From Dehalococcoidia bacterium (lineage in GTDB: Bacteria > Chloroflexota > Dehalococcoidia > DSTF01 > WHTK01): 64,000 bases of DNA. A program made the position numbers and the translations under genes. Shown piece after piece: positions 37,279 through 46,057 of the stretch; the first letter of the stretch is position 1; the number at the start of each line of letters is the position of its first letter. The notes beneath the pieces were generated by a model. The model had not been told where the DNA came from and did not search any database. It worked only from the letters and a program-made list of their open reading frames with translations. Where the stretch lies: assembly GCA_965219205.1 (NCBI GenBank), contig CBDCMQ010000003.1, forward strand, positions 256,819 through 320,818. Reading direction: 5' to 3'.

Positions 37279-37480
37279 CCGGCAATGCTGCTTCGCTTGT
37301 TCGCCGTGGGCCTGAGCGGGGCTCAGGGCCTTTCCGTGCGTCACGGGTGCGAACACCCGCTCTGTTCAGCGCCGGCCAGCGTTTGTTCGGCGAGGTGCAG
37401 CGATCGGAATACCGACAATGCTTGTGCGAGAAGGGCGAAGCCGTCTTCGGCAGCGGCTTCCCTGGTAAAAAGACGTAAGG
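37279..37480 (+). repeat. repeat array: remainder of split unit, module C, second unit, module D
   Basis: Contains GCGTCACGGGTGCGAACACCCGCTCTGTTCAGCGCCGGCCAGCGTT (also at 40535..), then CGGAATACCGACAATGCTTGTGCGAGAAGGGCGAAGCCGTCTTCGGCAGCGGCTTCCCTGGTAAAAAGACGTAAGG. Confidence 0.8.
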
Positions 37481-37481
37481 C

Positions 37482-38792
37482 TCAGCAGGCCGCTTCGGCC
37501 GCGGCGTAATAATCGTGCACTACTTCGCGGCCCCCAAAACCCAGGTCCTCAGGGTTCATGCAGGCAGGCAGCATTCCCAAACCAATCAGAAGTTCTATAT
37601 CAGAAGCCAACACAGACTCCGAAATCCTCAGGAGACCTTTGTTTTGCAGCAGTCGTGCCGTGGGTATCGTCTTGGTCTGAGCGTTGGCGAGGGCTCCGAC
37701 AATGAACGCCATCGTTTCTTCCGCTTGCCCCTGCCGGTCCAGCCTCTCGTATAGGTCGCCTACAACCTGTCCATGCAACCTTGGGTGCACATCCTCAAAG
37801 TAGGTTGCCGCTGATTGCAAGACGCCTTCAGCGTTGGGCAGTACGAGGCTGATGTAAGCGTGGACTAATTCGTGGGCCAGGCTGGGCACCTCACCGTTCA
37901 GCCACAACGGCTTCTGAACCAGGCGACGCCTTGGCTGATACAAAGCCCGGATAAAGCCGGTCTCCGGCGCGCCAAAAATCAGAAACGACGGCGCCATTAC
38001 ACTGACATCGGCGTCTGCGGCATCGAGGCTTTCAGCAAGGTGAGCAAGAACGATATTCGTCTCAATCAGCTCCGGCAGGGTTCGGTCGCCCTCAATGATG
38101 AACGGCCCAAAAATCGTGAAATCGGAATTGGATAGTTCGCGTGAACTTGCATCATCCACGTCTACCATCAGCCGTTGCAAGGCTTGCACCAGCGTCGCCA
38201 GCGGCTGATTCGATTCGCCCCTGACTTGGGGAAGACCCACAAACGCGCCCTGAACCGACTGGCCAGTCCGCCGAAATTCAGGCAGTTCAACCGCAAACAC
38301 AGTCGGCAAGTTCTCATCACGCAGGGCAAGGACCCGAAACTCGGTTCCGGAGGGCAGGGCCGCAATAAAGATTGTTGCGCTTTCTTTGTGCCTGCCTAGC
38401 AGTCGATCCAGCACCGTCCGGGGAAATTCCAGGCGCTGGACCTCACCGACCAAAAGCAGTTCAACGCTCGTCTCCTCGCGAACCACGGATTCAATTATTT
38501 CCAGCTCTTCTGAAATGGCTTGATTAGCTCCAAACAGTCCGTGGACAAGAGGGTATTCCGCGGCAGCCGGTATTCTCGAAGCGGGATCGTACAGGCTGCG
38601 GCCGGCGGCGAGTGCGCCGAAAACCAGAAGAACCAGCGCAATCGCAACAATCAGCCAGGCAGCGACGCCACGCCAGCGCAGTCTCCGAGGCGTCAGTTCG
38701 GGCTCAGGCCCTTCATCGTCCCCGCGGTCCCAGTGAGGGTCATAGCCGGCGGTGAAACCATCGGCGAGGCGTTCAGTCAAACGAAAGCCCAC
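37482..38792 (-). CDS. hypothetical single-pass membrane protein with HExxH motif (putative metallopeptidase-like)
   Basis: 436 aa with GTG start, one TM (AAWLIVAIALVLLVFGALAA) and an extracytoplasmic domain containing SLAHELVHAYISL. Confidence 0.5.
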   Translation of the reverse strand: MGFRLTERLADGFTAGYDPHWDRGDDEGPEPELTPRRLRWRGVAAWLIVAIALVLLVFGALAAGRSLYDPASRIPAAAEYPLVHGLFGANQAISEELEIIESVVREETSVELLLVGEVQRLEFPRTVLDRLLGRHKESATIFIAALPSGTEFRVLALRDENLPTVFAVELPEFRRTGQSVQGAFVGLPQVRGESNQPLATLVQALQRLMVDVDDASSRELSNSDFTIFGPFIIEGDRTLPELIETNIVLAHLAESLDAADADVSVMAPSFLIFGAPETGFIRALYQPRRRLVQKPLWLNGEVPSLAHELVHAYISLVLPNAEGVLQSAATYFEDVHPRLHGQVVGDLYERLDRQGQAEETMAFIVGALANAQTKTIPTARLLQNKGLLRISESVLASDIELLIGLGMLPACMNPEDLGFGGREVVHDYYAAAEAAC

Positions 38793-38835
38793 CTTAGCTT
38801 GATATTTGAGGCCTAGGAAATTTGGCCCAGCATTC

Positions 38836-38915
38836 CGAACGAGGGCCTAGCGTCTTTTTTTACCCCCGTGCGAATAGGCGCCACGGCTTGCCGCGATTAT
38901 TGCCGGTATTCCAGA
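38836..38915 (-). repeat. palindromic repeat unit plus module D
   Basis: The reverse complement is CTGGAATACCGGCAATAATCGCGGCAAGCCGTGGCGCCTATTCGCACGGGGGTAAAAAAAGACGCTAGG. Confidence 0.75.
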
Positions 38916-39196
38916 TAATCAAGCCGATCACTTCGTCTGCTATTATGCCCCCGTGCATGAAACTTACGTATTCGTGCCGTTTCTCCGGAGCGGGATCAAC
39001 CGCGGCATTCGAGTCCGCGTACAGCCTCAATACGTGCTTTGAGTACGACCCAGCATTTCAGACTCCCCTCAATCCCGATCTCAGTGCAGTCGGTCGCGTT
39101 CAACGCGATTGCGTCGCCCTGGGCGAGGCTATGACGAACCTCTGGCGCCGTTGCGAAAAGACAAACGCGGCTGGCAGTTCCTAAAGCTTGACCTAA

Positions 39197-40447
39197 ATGG
39201 AATACGTACCGCTCTTAATCGCCTTGCTGATTTTTTCGGCTTTCTTCTCTAGCGCCGAAACCGCGTTTCTCAGTCTTCAGCGCATCAGACTTGAGCACCA
39301 CGTTAAGGAAGAGGATCCCGGGGCGGCCGCCGTTTCCGCCCTGCTCGCAAAGCCTAACCGGCTGCTTTCGGCCATCCTGGTCGGTAACAACCTGACCAAT
39401 ACCGGAGCGGCGGTCGTCGGTGGGTTGATTGCCCAAAAAGTCGTCTCCGGTGGCCTCGGAGCGCTACTCGCGGCCCTCGTGGTCACAGTCCTCCTGGTGC
39501 TGTTCGGCGAGGTTGGACCTAAGACCGTCGCGCTTCATCACAACTACAGGCTCACAACCATATACGCGGTGCCAATGAAGTTCTGGGCCTGGCTCATGAG
39601 GCCATTCGCCAGCCTCCTCGACCTCGTCACGCGGGCCGTGATTAAGATATTCGGCGACGATCGCGAAAGCACAGCTCAAATCAGCGAGGCGGAACTGCGG
39701 ACCATGATCGGCCTCAGCGCCGAGGCCGGCGCGGTTGAAGCCGACGAGGCCGAGCTGCTGCATCGCGTTTTCGAGTTCGGCGACCGCCAGGTTCACGAAG
39801 TCATGGTGCCTAGAACCGAGGTCGTCTGGATCCCGACCGGAACCAACGTCGCCGAATTTCGCCAGGTCTTCGCCCAAACTCCCCATTCGCGCTTCCCGAT
39901 GTTCGCCGGCGACGCCGACAATGTGATCGGGATCGTTGGCATCAAGGAAGTCATGCGGTCGGTGGCCATGGGTAAGATCGATGATCCGGACGCCGTGGAC
40001 GCGGTGGCTGGCCCAGCCTATTTCGTGCCCGCGACCAAAAGCACCCTTGATCTGTTCCGCGAGATGCAGTCGCTCGGTCACCAGATGGCCGTGGCGGTCG
40101 ATGAGTGGGGTGGAACCGCAGGCATCGTCACTCTCGAAGCCTTACTTGAAGAGGTTGTCGGCCAGGTCGGCGATGAGCTCCAACCCTCCAAACCGGAGAT
40201 CATGGCCTTGGACGAAGGCACCGTTCAGGTCAACGGCAGTCTCAGCGTCGAAGAGGCTCGCGACGAACTCGGACTCGATATTCCCGAAGGTCCCTACGAC
40301 ACAATCGCCGGCTTCTTCCTCAGCCGCGCTGGTCACATCCCGCGCCAAGGCGAATTCATCATCCTAGACGGTTACCGCATCGCCGTCATCGAGATGCGGG
40401 GTCTAAAAATAGAGCTGCTCCAGATTACGTCAGAGCAGCAGGCGTAG
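39197..40447 (+). CDS. CNNM/DUF21-CBS-CorC_HlyC family protein (TlyC/CorC-type putative divalent-cation efflux)
   Basis: 416 aa with four N-terminal TMs, a CBS pair (VHEVMVPRTEVVWI..) and a C-terminal CorC_HlyC domain (DTIAGFFLSRAGHIPRQGE). Confidence 0.88.
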   Translation: MEYVPLLIALLIFSAFFSSAETAFLSLQRIRLEHHVKEEDPGAAAVSALLAKPNRLLSAILVGNNLTNTGAAVVGGLIAQKVVSGGLGALLAALVVTVLLVLFGEVGPKTVALHHNYRLTTIYAVPMKFWAWLMRPFASLLDLVTRAVIKIFGDDRESTAQISEAELRTMIGLSAEAGAVEADEAELLHRVFEFGDRQVHEVMVPRTEVVWIPTGTNVAEFRQVFAQTPHSRFPMFAGDADNVIGIVGIKEVMRSVAMGKIDDPDAVDAVAGPAYFVPATKSTLDLFREMQSLGHQMAVAVDEWGGTAGIVTLEALLEEVVGQVGDELQPSKPEIMALDEGTVQVNGSLSVEEARDELGLDIPEGPYDTIAGFFLSRAGHIPRQGEFIILDGYRIAVIEMRGLKIELLQITSEQQA

Positions 40448-40449
40448 CG

Positions 40450-40795
40450 GATACCGGGAGCGCATGCGCTCTTGGACTGCTCCGGCATTGTTTGGAATAC
40501 CGGCGATTTAGGCGGCACGCCACCCACTTGCCGGGCGTCACGGGTGCGAGCACCCGCTCAGTTCAGCGCCGGTCAGCGTTGGTCAGGCATGAGCCGCCCA
40601 CGCCGAGAGGCGTGGGCTCTACTTCGCTGACGCTCGGCCTTGCCTGGACCGCTACGCCTGTTCGCGTCGGCAGCGCGTGTGACCTCGAGAAGTGCTTCGG
40701 GATTTTTTGAAATACTGGGAATGGCCGTAGGCCTTCCCAGTGGGTAAAAGACGTCAGGCCTTTTGGACGGTCAGCGTTCCCGGTATCTAAAAAAC
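40450..40795. repeat. composite repeat array (at least 3 units in both orientations, modules C and D)
   Basis: TTTGGAATACCGGCGATTTAGGCGGCACGCCACCCACTTGCCGGG plus module C. Then TTTTTTGAAATACTGGGAATGGCCGTAGGCCTTCCCAGTGGGTAAAAGACGTCAGG. Then an inverted head GCGTTCCCGGTATCTAAAAAA abutting the LLM stop codon. Confidence 0.8.
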
Positions 40796-41710
40796 CTACT
40801 TGAGAGCTTCTCGCTTCAAATCGACGACTTGTTCGGCCAGCAGGGATAACATCTGGAAACCACGCTCGTGATTTTTGGTAGCTTCCAAGTCTCCCGTGTA
40901 CCAGTCCAGCGTCACGTGAGCCGCTCCGATTCGCTCCAGCTCCGCCAGGTCCTGGCGCACCTGGTCCAGGCTGCCATTGCCAGCCAGCCGGTCTCCTTCT
41001 AGAGGCTTGTCCGTTATGTCGAGTCTGATCCGCGGACAAAAGGCCGGCGCCGGCTTGCCCTGCTTCTCAGAAAGCTCCTTCAAACTAGCGAGTTGCGCCT
41101 GGTCGAGTGAGCCCGGCGTAAACAGGATCGGATGCCAACCCTGGCCAAAGCGCGCGGCGCGCGTTAGCGCCCCCGAACTGGCACCGCCAACCCAGATCGG
41201 CGGATGAGGCTTCTGCTCGGTTTCAATTCCCCCAACATCCTCGAAGTCGACCAGCTTGCCGTGAAAGCTCACCGGGTCCTTGCTATTCCACAGCGCGCTC
41301 ATCGCCGCCAGGTCCTCGTCGCCAATCAGCCCGCGCCTGGCATGCGGTTGACCCAGCACCTTGAACTCGTCCTCGGCGTTGCCAACGCCAACGCCAAAAA
41401 TGAACCGGCCGCCGCTAAAGCGGTCCAGATCGGCAACTAGCCGCGCCGTCAAAACCGGATGCCGGTAGGGCAGGACCACCACCGTGGTCCCGAGTTTTAT
41501 CCGGGCGGTTTGTCCGGCCAGCCAGGTCAGAGTCGCCAAGCAATCAAAAAACGGTTCGGGATACCGCTGCGCCACGCTCGGCGTTATCGCCACGTGGTCC
41601 GAGATCATCAGCGAATGGTAGCCAAGCGCCTCACTTAGCTTCGCCCACCGCAAGAACCCTTCGGGGCTAGCCCCAGGGCCGAAGTTGAGGATATTGACGC
41701 CGATTTGCAA
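40796..41710 (-). CDS. LLM-class (luciferase-like) F420/flavin-dependent oxidoreductase
   Basis: 304 aa. MQIGVNILNFGPGAS...ALGYHSLMISDHV... is a typical luciferase-like TIM-barrel N-terminus. Confidence 0.85.
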   Translation of the reverse strand: MQIGVNILNFGPGASPEGFLRWAKLSEALGYHSLMISDHVAITPSVAQRYPEPFFDCLATLTWLAGQTARIKLGTTVVVLPYRHPVLTARLVADLDRFSGGRFIFGVGVGNAEDEFKVLGQPHARRGLIGDEDLAAMSALWNSKDPVSFHGKLVDFEDVGGIETEQKPHPPIWVGGASSGALTRAARFGQGWHPILFTPGSLDQAQLASLKELSEKQGKPAPAFCPRIRLDITDKPLEGDRLAGNGSLDQVRQDLAELERIGAAHVTLDWYTGDLEATKNHERGFQMLSLLAEQVVDLKREALK

Positions 41711-41752
41711 ATCTGAACTCCCTTATTTAAAGCCCGAGCTCCCCACCAACAC

Positions 41753-42009
41753 CTAATCGTGTCCTTCTCTTCGCCACCCTCCGCCATCTTCTGGCTCGAC
41801 TGTTCGTGCGCCCAGAGGGCTGCCTTCCTGTTGTATCGCAACAAGAGCGCGTCTTTCTCCCTCGCGTGGGCGTCCGGATCGGAGCCGTGCTGTTCGCTTA
41901 GCAGCGGCTTGGCTTTTCGAACTCGTCCTTCTCGCCCGGGTTGCCTAAGAGGTGGTTGCGAAAATTGACCATCGCTTTGCTGGCCGTGTAATCGGTCCAG
42001 TCTAATCAT
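41753..42009 (-). pseudogene. GrpB-family gene remnant (C-terminal ~85 codons only)
   Basis: Translates to ..DWTDYTASKAMVNFRNHLLGNPGEKDEFEKAKPLLSEQHGSDPDAHAREKDALLLRYNRKAALWAHEQSSQKMAEGGEE... This is about 80% nt-identical to the 3' end of grpB at 45465..45720. A stop lies immediately upstream, and a 1-nt deletion removes the native stop. Confidence 0.7.
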
Positions 42010-42032
42010 AGGGCCTGTTCAGGGCAACGCCG

Positions 42033-43151
42033 TGTACTCGTCCAGTAGATGCCGGACACTTACCTCCTCTCGGTGAATGCTAGCAGCCACTCTTGCGGCG
42101 TTAGATGGCCAAGGGCCTGATGGGGCCGGTAAGTGTTGTAACGCTGCTCCTGTTGGAGCAGCTGGGTTCTCAGTTGGCTGAGCGAGTCGGGTGGGTCAAC
42201 CAACTGGTAAAGCTCCTCTTTGTGGGTGCGCTGGGCTCGTTCCACGCAGCCGTTGAGCTTGGGGGAGCGTGGTGGCAGCACAAAAAGCCGCAGCCCCTTC
42301 TGCTCACAGGCGGCCTCAAACTCGGCCCTGAACTCAGAGCCACCGTCCACCTGGATCGCCTTCACCGGACCCGGCATACGCTCGATGACCGTATCGAGGA
42401 AGTCGCGCGCCGTGCCGGCGGTAGCGCGGCCGTAGACACCCAAGACGTCCCAGCGGCTGACAATATCACGCGCCGAGAAGTGCTTGTAGGCATGGGTAAT
42501 ACCGGTCCAGCGCACGTCGGCGCTGTCCACCTGAACCAGATCTCCCGGCGCCTTGACGACGTAGTCTTTGGGCTTACGCACGGCATAGGGCCGCACCTGA
42601 GGCCGAGAGACGATGCAAGGGTCCTTCAGACTCGCAGGCCCCAGTTTGCCTTGGCGTCTGAGCCGGCTGAGGATGCGGCCCACCATCGAGACCGAGATAG
42701 TGACCCCTTGGCGTCTGAGGATCGGCTGTAGCTTGTCTTTGCCCCAGACGGGATTGTCTTGGCGCAGGCGTAGCACCGCTGCTTCGAACTCTAGGCTCCA
42801 AGTCGGCTTGCGGACCTGGTGTGGCCTATGGCTGCGGTCTTCCAGACCCCGCGGACCCTGGAGCCGGTAGCACTCTAGCCACTGGTAAAGGGTTGAGCGG
42901 CTGCGTCCAAAGCGTCTTGCCGTCAGACTCACCTTCTCGCCGTGATCCTTGTGCCACTCAACAGCCCTGAGGCGCGCCTTCGCCTCACGTGATAGTCGTG
43001 GCTCCTCCCTGCCTTCCTGCGCTCCCTCTGGGAGGAGACGAGCCAGGGTTGGACCGCCCTGGGATGATCGACCCGTACGTCTGCATTGGGACTCCGTATC
43101 GTCCCCGCCTTCTCATCATTGTCGTGTACGGCATCTTTCTGAACGAGATCA
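42033..43151 (-). mobile_element. IS481-family-like insertion sequence, copy 3 (1119 bp)
   Basis: Same ends as copies 1 and 2. Direct repeat (A)CGCCG at 42027..42032 and 43151..43156. Confidence 0.9.
42060..43134 (-). pseudogene. IS481-like transposase with +1 frameshift
   Basis: CCC at 43057..43059 where copies 1 and 2 have CC. The HTH-containing N-terminus is therefore out of frame with the DDE core (ORF 42060..42932). Confidence 0.8.
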
Positions 43152-43180
43152 CGCCGAGCATCGGGTAAACTTGCCAAGAA

Positions 43181-44711
43181 TTGGAGGCACGCGATTTGGA
43201 ACAGACGCCGGCTTCTCAGCTGCGCGTGACAGAACCTCTGGCCGCGCTGTCAGTGGCGACCGATCTCGCCCGCGGTCAGCCGGCCGAACACGCATTGTGT
43301 GCCTGCATCATCGCCACGAGGCTAGCCGACGATCTGGGCCTCAGTCCGGCCGACAGCACCACTACCTATTTCGCGACGCTGCTCCGGTTCGCGGGCTGCA
43401 CAGCCATTTCGCACGAATACGCGCAAAACCTCGGCGGCAACGATGTCGCCGTGCGATTTGCCGGTGACGCCACCGATCCAGCCGATCCAGGCCAGCTCGC
43501 TGATTTTCTGACCAGTCTTGGCATTGATTCAATCGGCCCAGCCAACGCGATGCAATTCGTGGCGCAGGGAATTAGCGCCGATTGTGAAGTTGGCGCCCGC
43601 ACCGCCACTCGCCTGGGCCTCGGCAAGAACGTTACCGACAGCCTGCTTCATATTTTCGAACGCTGGGATGGCCATGGCCTGCCCAACAGTGTGGCCGGCG
43701 AGGACATTCCCCTTGCAGCGCGCATCGGCCACGTCGCCAGCGCGGCCGTCATGTTTGCTCAAGCCAGAGGACTCGCGGAAGCCGTCACCAGCTTGGAAAA
43801 ATGGTCGGGTGGGATCCTCGACCCTGCCATCACCGCCTCCTTCCTCACTCATGCCGGCGAGCTGCTTTCCACTCTTGAACTTCCCGATGTCTGGCAGGCT
43901 GCGCTGGCGGCGGAGCCCACGCCATGGAAGCTCGCCAGAGATGACAGCCTTGACGACATTTGCCACATCTTTGGCGACTTCATCGATTTGAAGACACCCT
44001 TCCTGCTTGGGCATTCCGCCCAGGTCGCTCGGCTCGCGGAAGGAGCAGCGAGTGCGCTGAACCTGAGCGAGGATGACTGCGTTACGCTCCGCCGCGCCGG
44101 GTTTTTACACGACCTCGGCCGCGCCGGAATCTCCAGTGGAATATGAGAGAAGCCGGCGCCACTGAGCACGCTGGAGACGGAGCAGACCCGCCTGCACCCT
44201 TATCACTCGGAGCGCATCCTGGAGCGCAGCGCCCTGTTCAAGCCGCTTGCCCGCCTCGCCGGTCAACACCACGAGCGGACCGATGGCAGCGGCTACTTCC
44301 GCGGCCTCGATTCAGCTTCACTGGATCGGCATGCCCGGATCCTCGCCGCGGCCGATGCCTGCGCCGAGTTCCTCGAAGACAGACCGGGACGCAACGCCCT
44401 TTCGCCGGATGCGGCGGCTAGGGAGCTGTCGAAGGAAGCGTTGGACCCGGACGCCGTACGAGCCGTCCTCCAGGTCGCCGGCGTGAAAAACCCCGCTAGC
44501 GGGACGGCAGCGGCCGGCAGGCCTTACCGCGCGCGAGGTCGAGGTTCTACAACTACTTGCCCGTGGGCAAAGCCTCAAGCAAATCGCCGAACAGCTCGTG
44601 ATTTCGCCATCAACAGCACACACCCACTCGGCACATGTCTATGAGAAGGCCGGCATCTCGACGCGCGCCGGCGCCGCGCTTTTCGCCATGGAGCACGGAC
44701 TCCTCAACTGA
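43181..44711 (+). pseudogene. HD-GYP-type phosphohydrolase fused to LuxR-type HTH, disrupted (in-frame TGA plus frameshift)
   Basis: ORF 43181..44146 ends ..GFLHDLGRAGISSGI-TGA. The same frame continues EKPAPLSTLETEQTRLHPYHSERIL...HHERTDGSGYF (HD-GYP signatures). The C-terminal LTAREVEVLQLLARGQSLKQIAEQLVISPSTAHTHSAHVYEKAG is in another frame, with the shift between 44487 and ~44515. Confidence 0.7.
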
Positions 44712-44714
44712 AAA

Positions 44715-44732
44715 ATCGACAGATCTGTCGAT
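44715..44732. promoter_or_regulatory. perfect 18-bp palindrome, candidate operator
   Basis: ATCGACAGATCTGTCGAT, 4 nt after the stop of the HD-GYP/LuxR pseudogene and ~80 nt upstream of the SnoaL-like gene. Confidence 0.4.
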
Positions 44733-44813
44733 ACCTTTCTCTTCCTCCTCGGCCTAATCTCCTACTCGAAGCGAGTCGCTCGAGTAAGTAGAAAGAAAAG
44801 GGAGGAAAAAATT

Positions 44814-45251
44814 ATGTCAGCACAGGAGTCAAGCACCGCCCCTACCGCCAACGCCGCCCGCAATGACGAAAATCTCGAGATCGTGCGACGCGGTTACAAG
44901 GCCTTCAATTCGGCCGATATGAAAGCGCTCACCGAGATCTTTGACAAGAGTGCCTCCTGGCACACGCCAGGTCGAGGCCCTATCGCCGGCGACAGCAAGG
45001 GCCGCGAAGCCACCTTTGGCCAATTCGGCAAGTACGTGGGCGAAACGGCGGGGACCTTCAAAGCCTCACTGCGGCAATTGTTCAATAGTGATGACGGCCG
45101 TGTCGTCGGCGTTCATCACAACAGCGCCGAGCGTGACGGCAAGCGCCTGGATGTTGACTGCTGCATCGTCTTCGAGCTCAAGGACGGCCGGATTACCGAC
45201 GGTAGGGAGCACTTTTACGATCTGCACGCCTGGGACGAGTTCTGGTCTTAG
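44814..45251 (+). CDS. NTF2/SnoaL-like (ketosteroid-isomerase-fold) protein
   Basis: 145 aa. NLEIVRRGYKAFNSADMKALTEIFDKSASWHTPG...FELKDGRITDGREHF is the typical SnoaL_2 pattern. Strong SD GGGAGG. Confidence 0.75.
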   Translation: MSAQESSTAPTANAARNDENLEIVRRGYKAFNSADMKALTEIFDKSASWHTPGRGPIAGDSKGREATFGQFGKYVGETAGTFKASLRQLFNSDDGRVVGVHHNSAERDGKRLDVDCCIVFELKDGRITDGREHFYDLHAWDEFWS

Positions 45252-45464
45252 CTAAATCGATCCGGCCAGGGCGTCACAGCAACGTGCACGGCCCAAACCG
45301 TCCCTGATGCGACCCAAAGCCCCACGGGTTAAGACCCCTGGGGCTTCACTACCGGCCTGCGCATAGCGTTTGAGCGGCGAACCGGGTGTCTACGGCCTCC
45401 CCAGGTGCCAATCGATTAGCCGTCACACCCAGAAGCCCGCCAAACAAACCACCAACCTCAACCC

Positions 45465-46025
45465 CTAATCGTGCTCTTCCTCCTCGCCGCCTTCGGCCAT
45501 CTTCTTGCTCCACTGCTCGTGCGCCCACAGCGCCGCCTTGCGGTCGTATCGCAGCAAGAGCGCGTCTTTCTCACGGGCGTGGGCGTCCGGATCGGAGCCG
45601 TGCTGTTCGATTAGTTGGCGCTTGGCTGCTTCGAACTCGGTCTTCTGGTCCGGGTTACCCAACAGGTGGTTGCGGAAGTTGACCATCGCCTTGGTGGCCG
45701 TGTGATCTTCTAGCAGCGCATGAATTGTGAAGCCCTGCTGCGATGATTTGATGAAGAACTGTCGGCCAGGAAGGTCAGCCTCACCGCGAAACTCGTAACC
45801 TAGTCCTGCCAGAGCTTGGATTTCTTCCTCATCCAAAGGCCTTGTCAGCACCATCAGGATGTCGATCACCGGCGCCGCCGCCAGGCCGGGTACCGCCGTG
45901 CTGCCGACGTGATGCAGGTCCTTGATCGCCTCCGGAGCCACCGCCTGCAAAGGCTCCTTTTCCTCGGCAAAGCGACGCCGCCAAGATGGGTCGTGCTCGG
46001 CAATTAGCGCCTGTTCCTGATTCAT
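45465..46025 (-). CDS. GrpB-family protein
   Basis: 186 aa. ..LHHVGSTAVPGLAAAPVIDILMV.. matches the GrpB/nucleotidyltransferase-like core. Confidence 0.85.
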   Translation of the reverse strand: MNQEQALIAEHDPSWRRRFAEEKEPLQAVAPEAIKDLHHVGSTAVPGLAAAPVIDILMVLTRPLDEEEIQALAGLGYEFRGEADLPGRQFFIKSSQQGFTIHALLEDHTATKAMVNFRNHLLGNPDQKTEFEAAKRQLIEQHGSDPDAHAREKDALLLRYDRKAALWAHEQWSKKMAEGGEEEEHD

Positions 46026-46057
46026 TAGATTTGCCTGCCTCTGGAGTTTTTTCTATT

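Noticed and set aside
38822-39184. 120-aa ORF in the spacer upstream of the CorC-like gene
   Set aside because: Its 5' part is encoded by a repeat unit (38836..38915). It has no SD, no motif and poor coding-like composition. It was treated as non-coding spacer.
41635-42009. 124-aa ORF as a real gene overlapping the LLM gene start
   Set aside because: Only its middle part is homologous to the GrpB C-terminus. The extension past the ancestral stop results from a 1-nt deletion and overlaps the LLM CDS. It is annotated as a pseudogene fragment instead.
36161-43151. IS copies 2 and 3 plus the 4.7-kb segment between them as a composite transposon
   Set aside because: Each IS has its own matching target duplication (ACCGGC/ACCGGC and ACGCCG/ACGCCG). 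The outer flanks of the pair do not match each other. These are two independent insertions. The same logic applies to copies 1 and 2.
44144-44146. In-frame TGA as recoding (Trp as in code 4, Gly as in code 25, or selenocysteine)
   Set aside because: TGA terminates well-supported genes in this same window. The nadK ORF ends at TGA 15363..15365, overlapping the next gene's ATG. The GNAT ORF ends at 15832 and NUDIX at 16541..16543. No SECIS-like hairpin was evident. The same gene also carries a frameshift. A nonsense mutation or a sequencing error is the simpler explanation.
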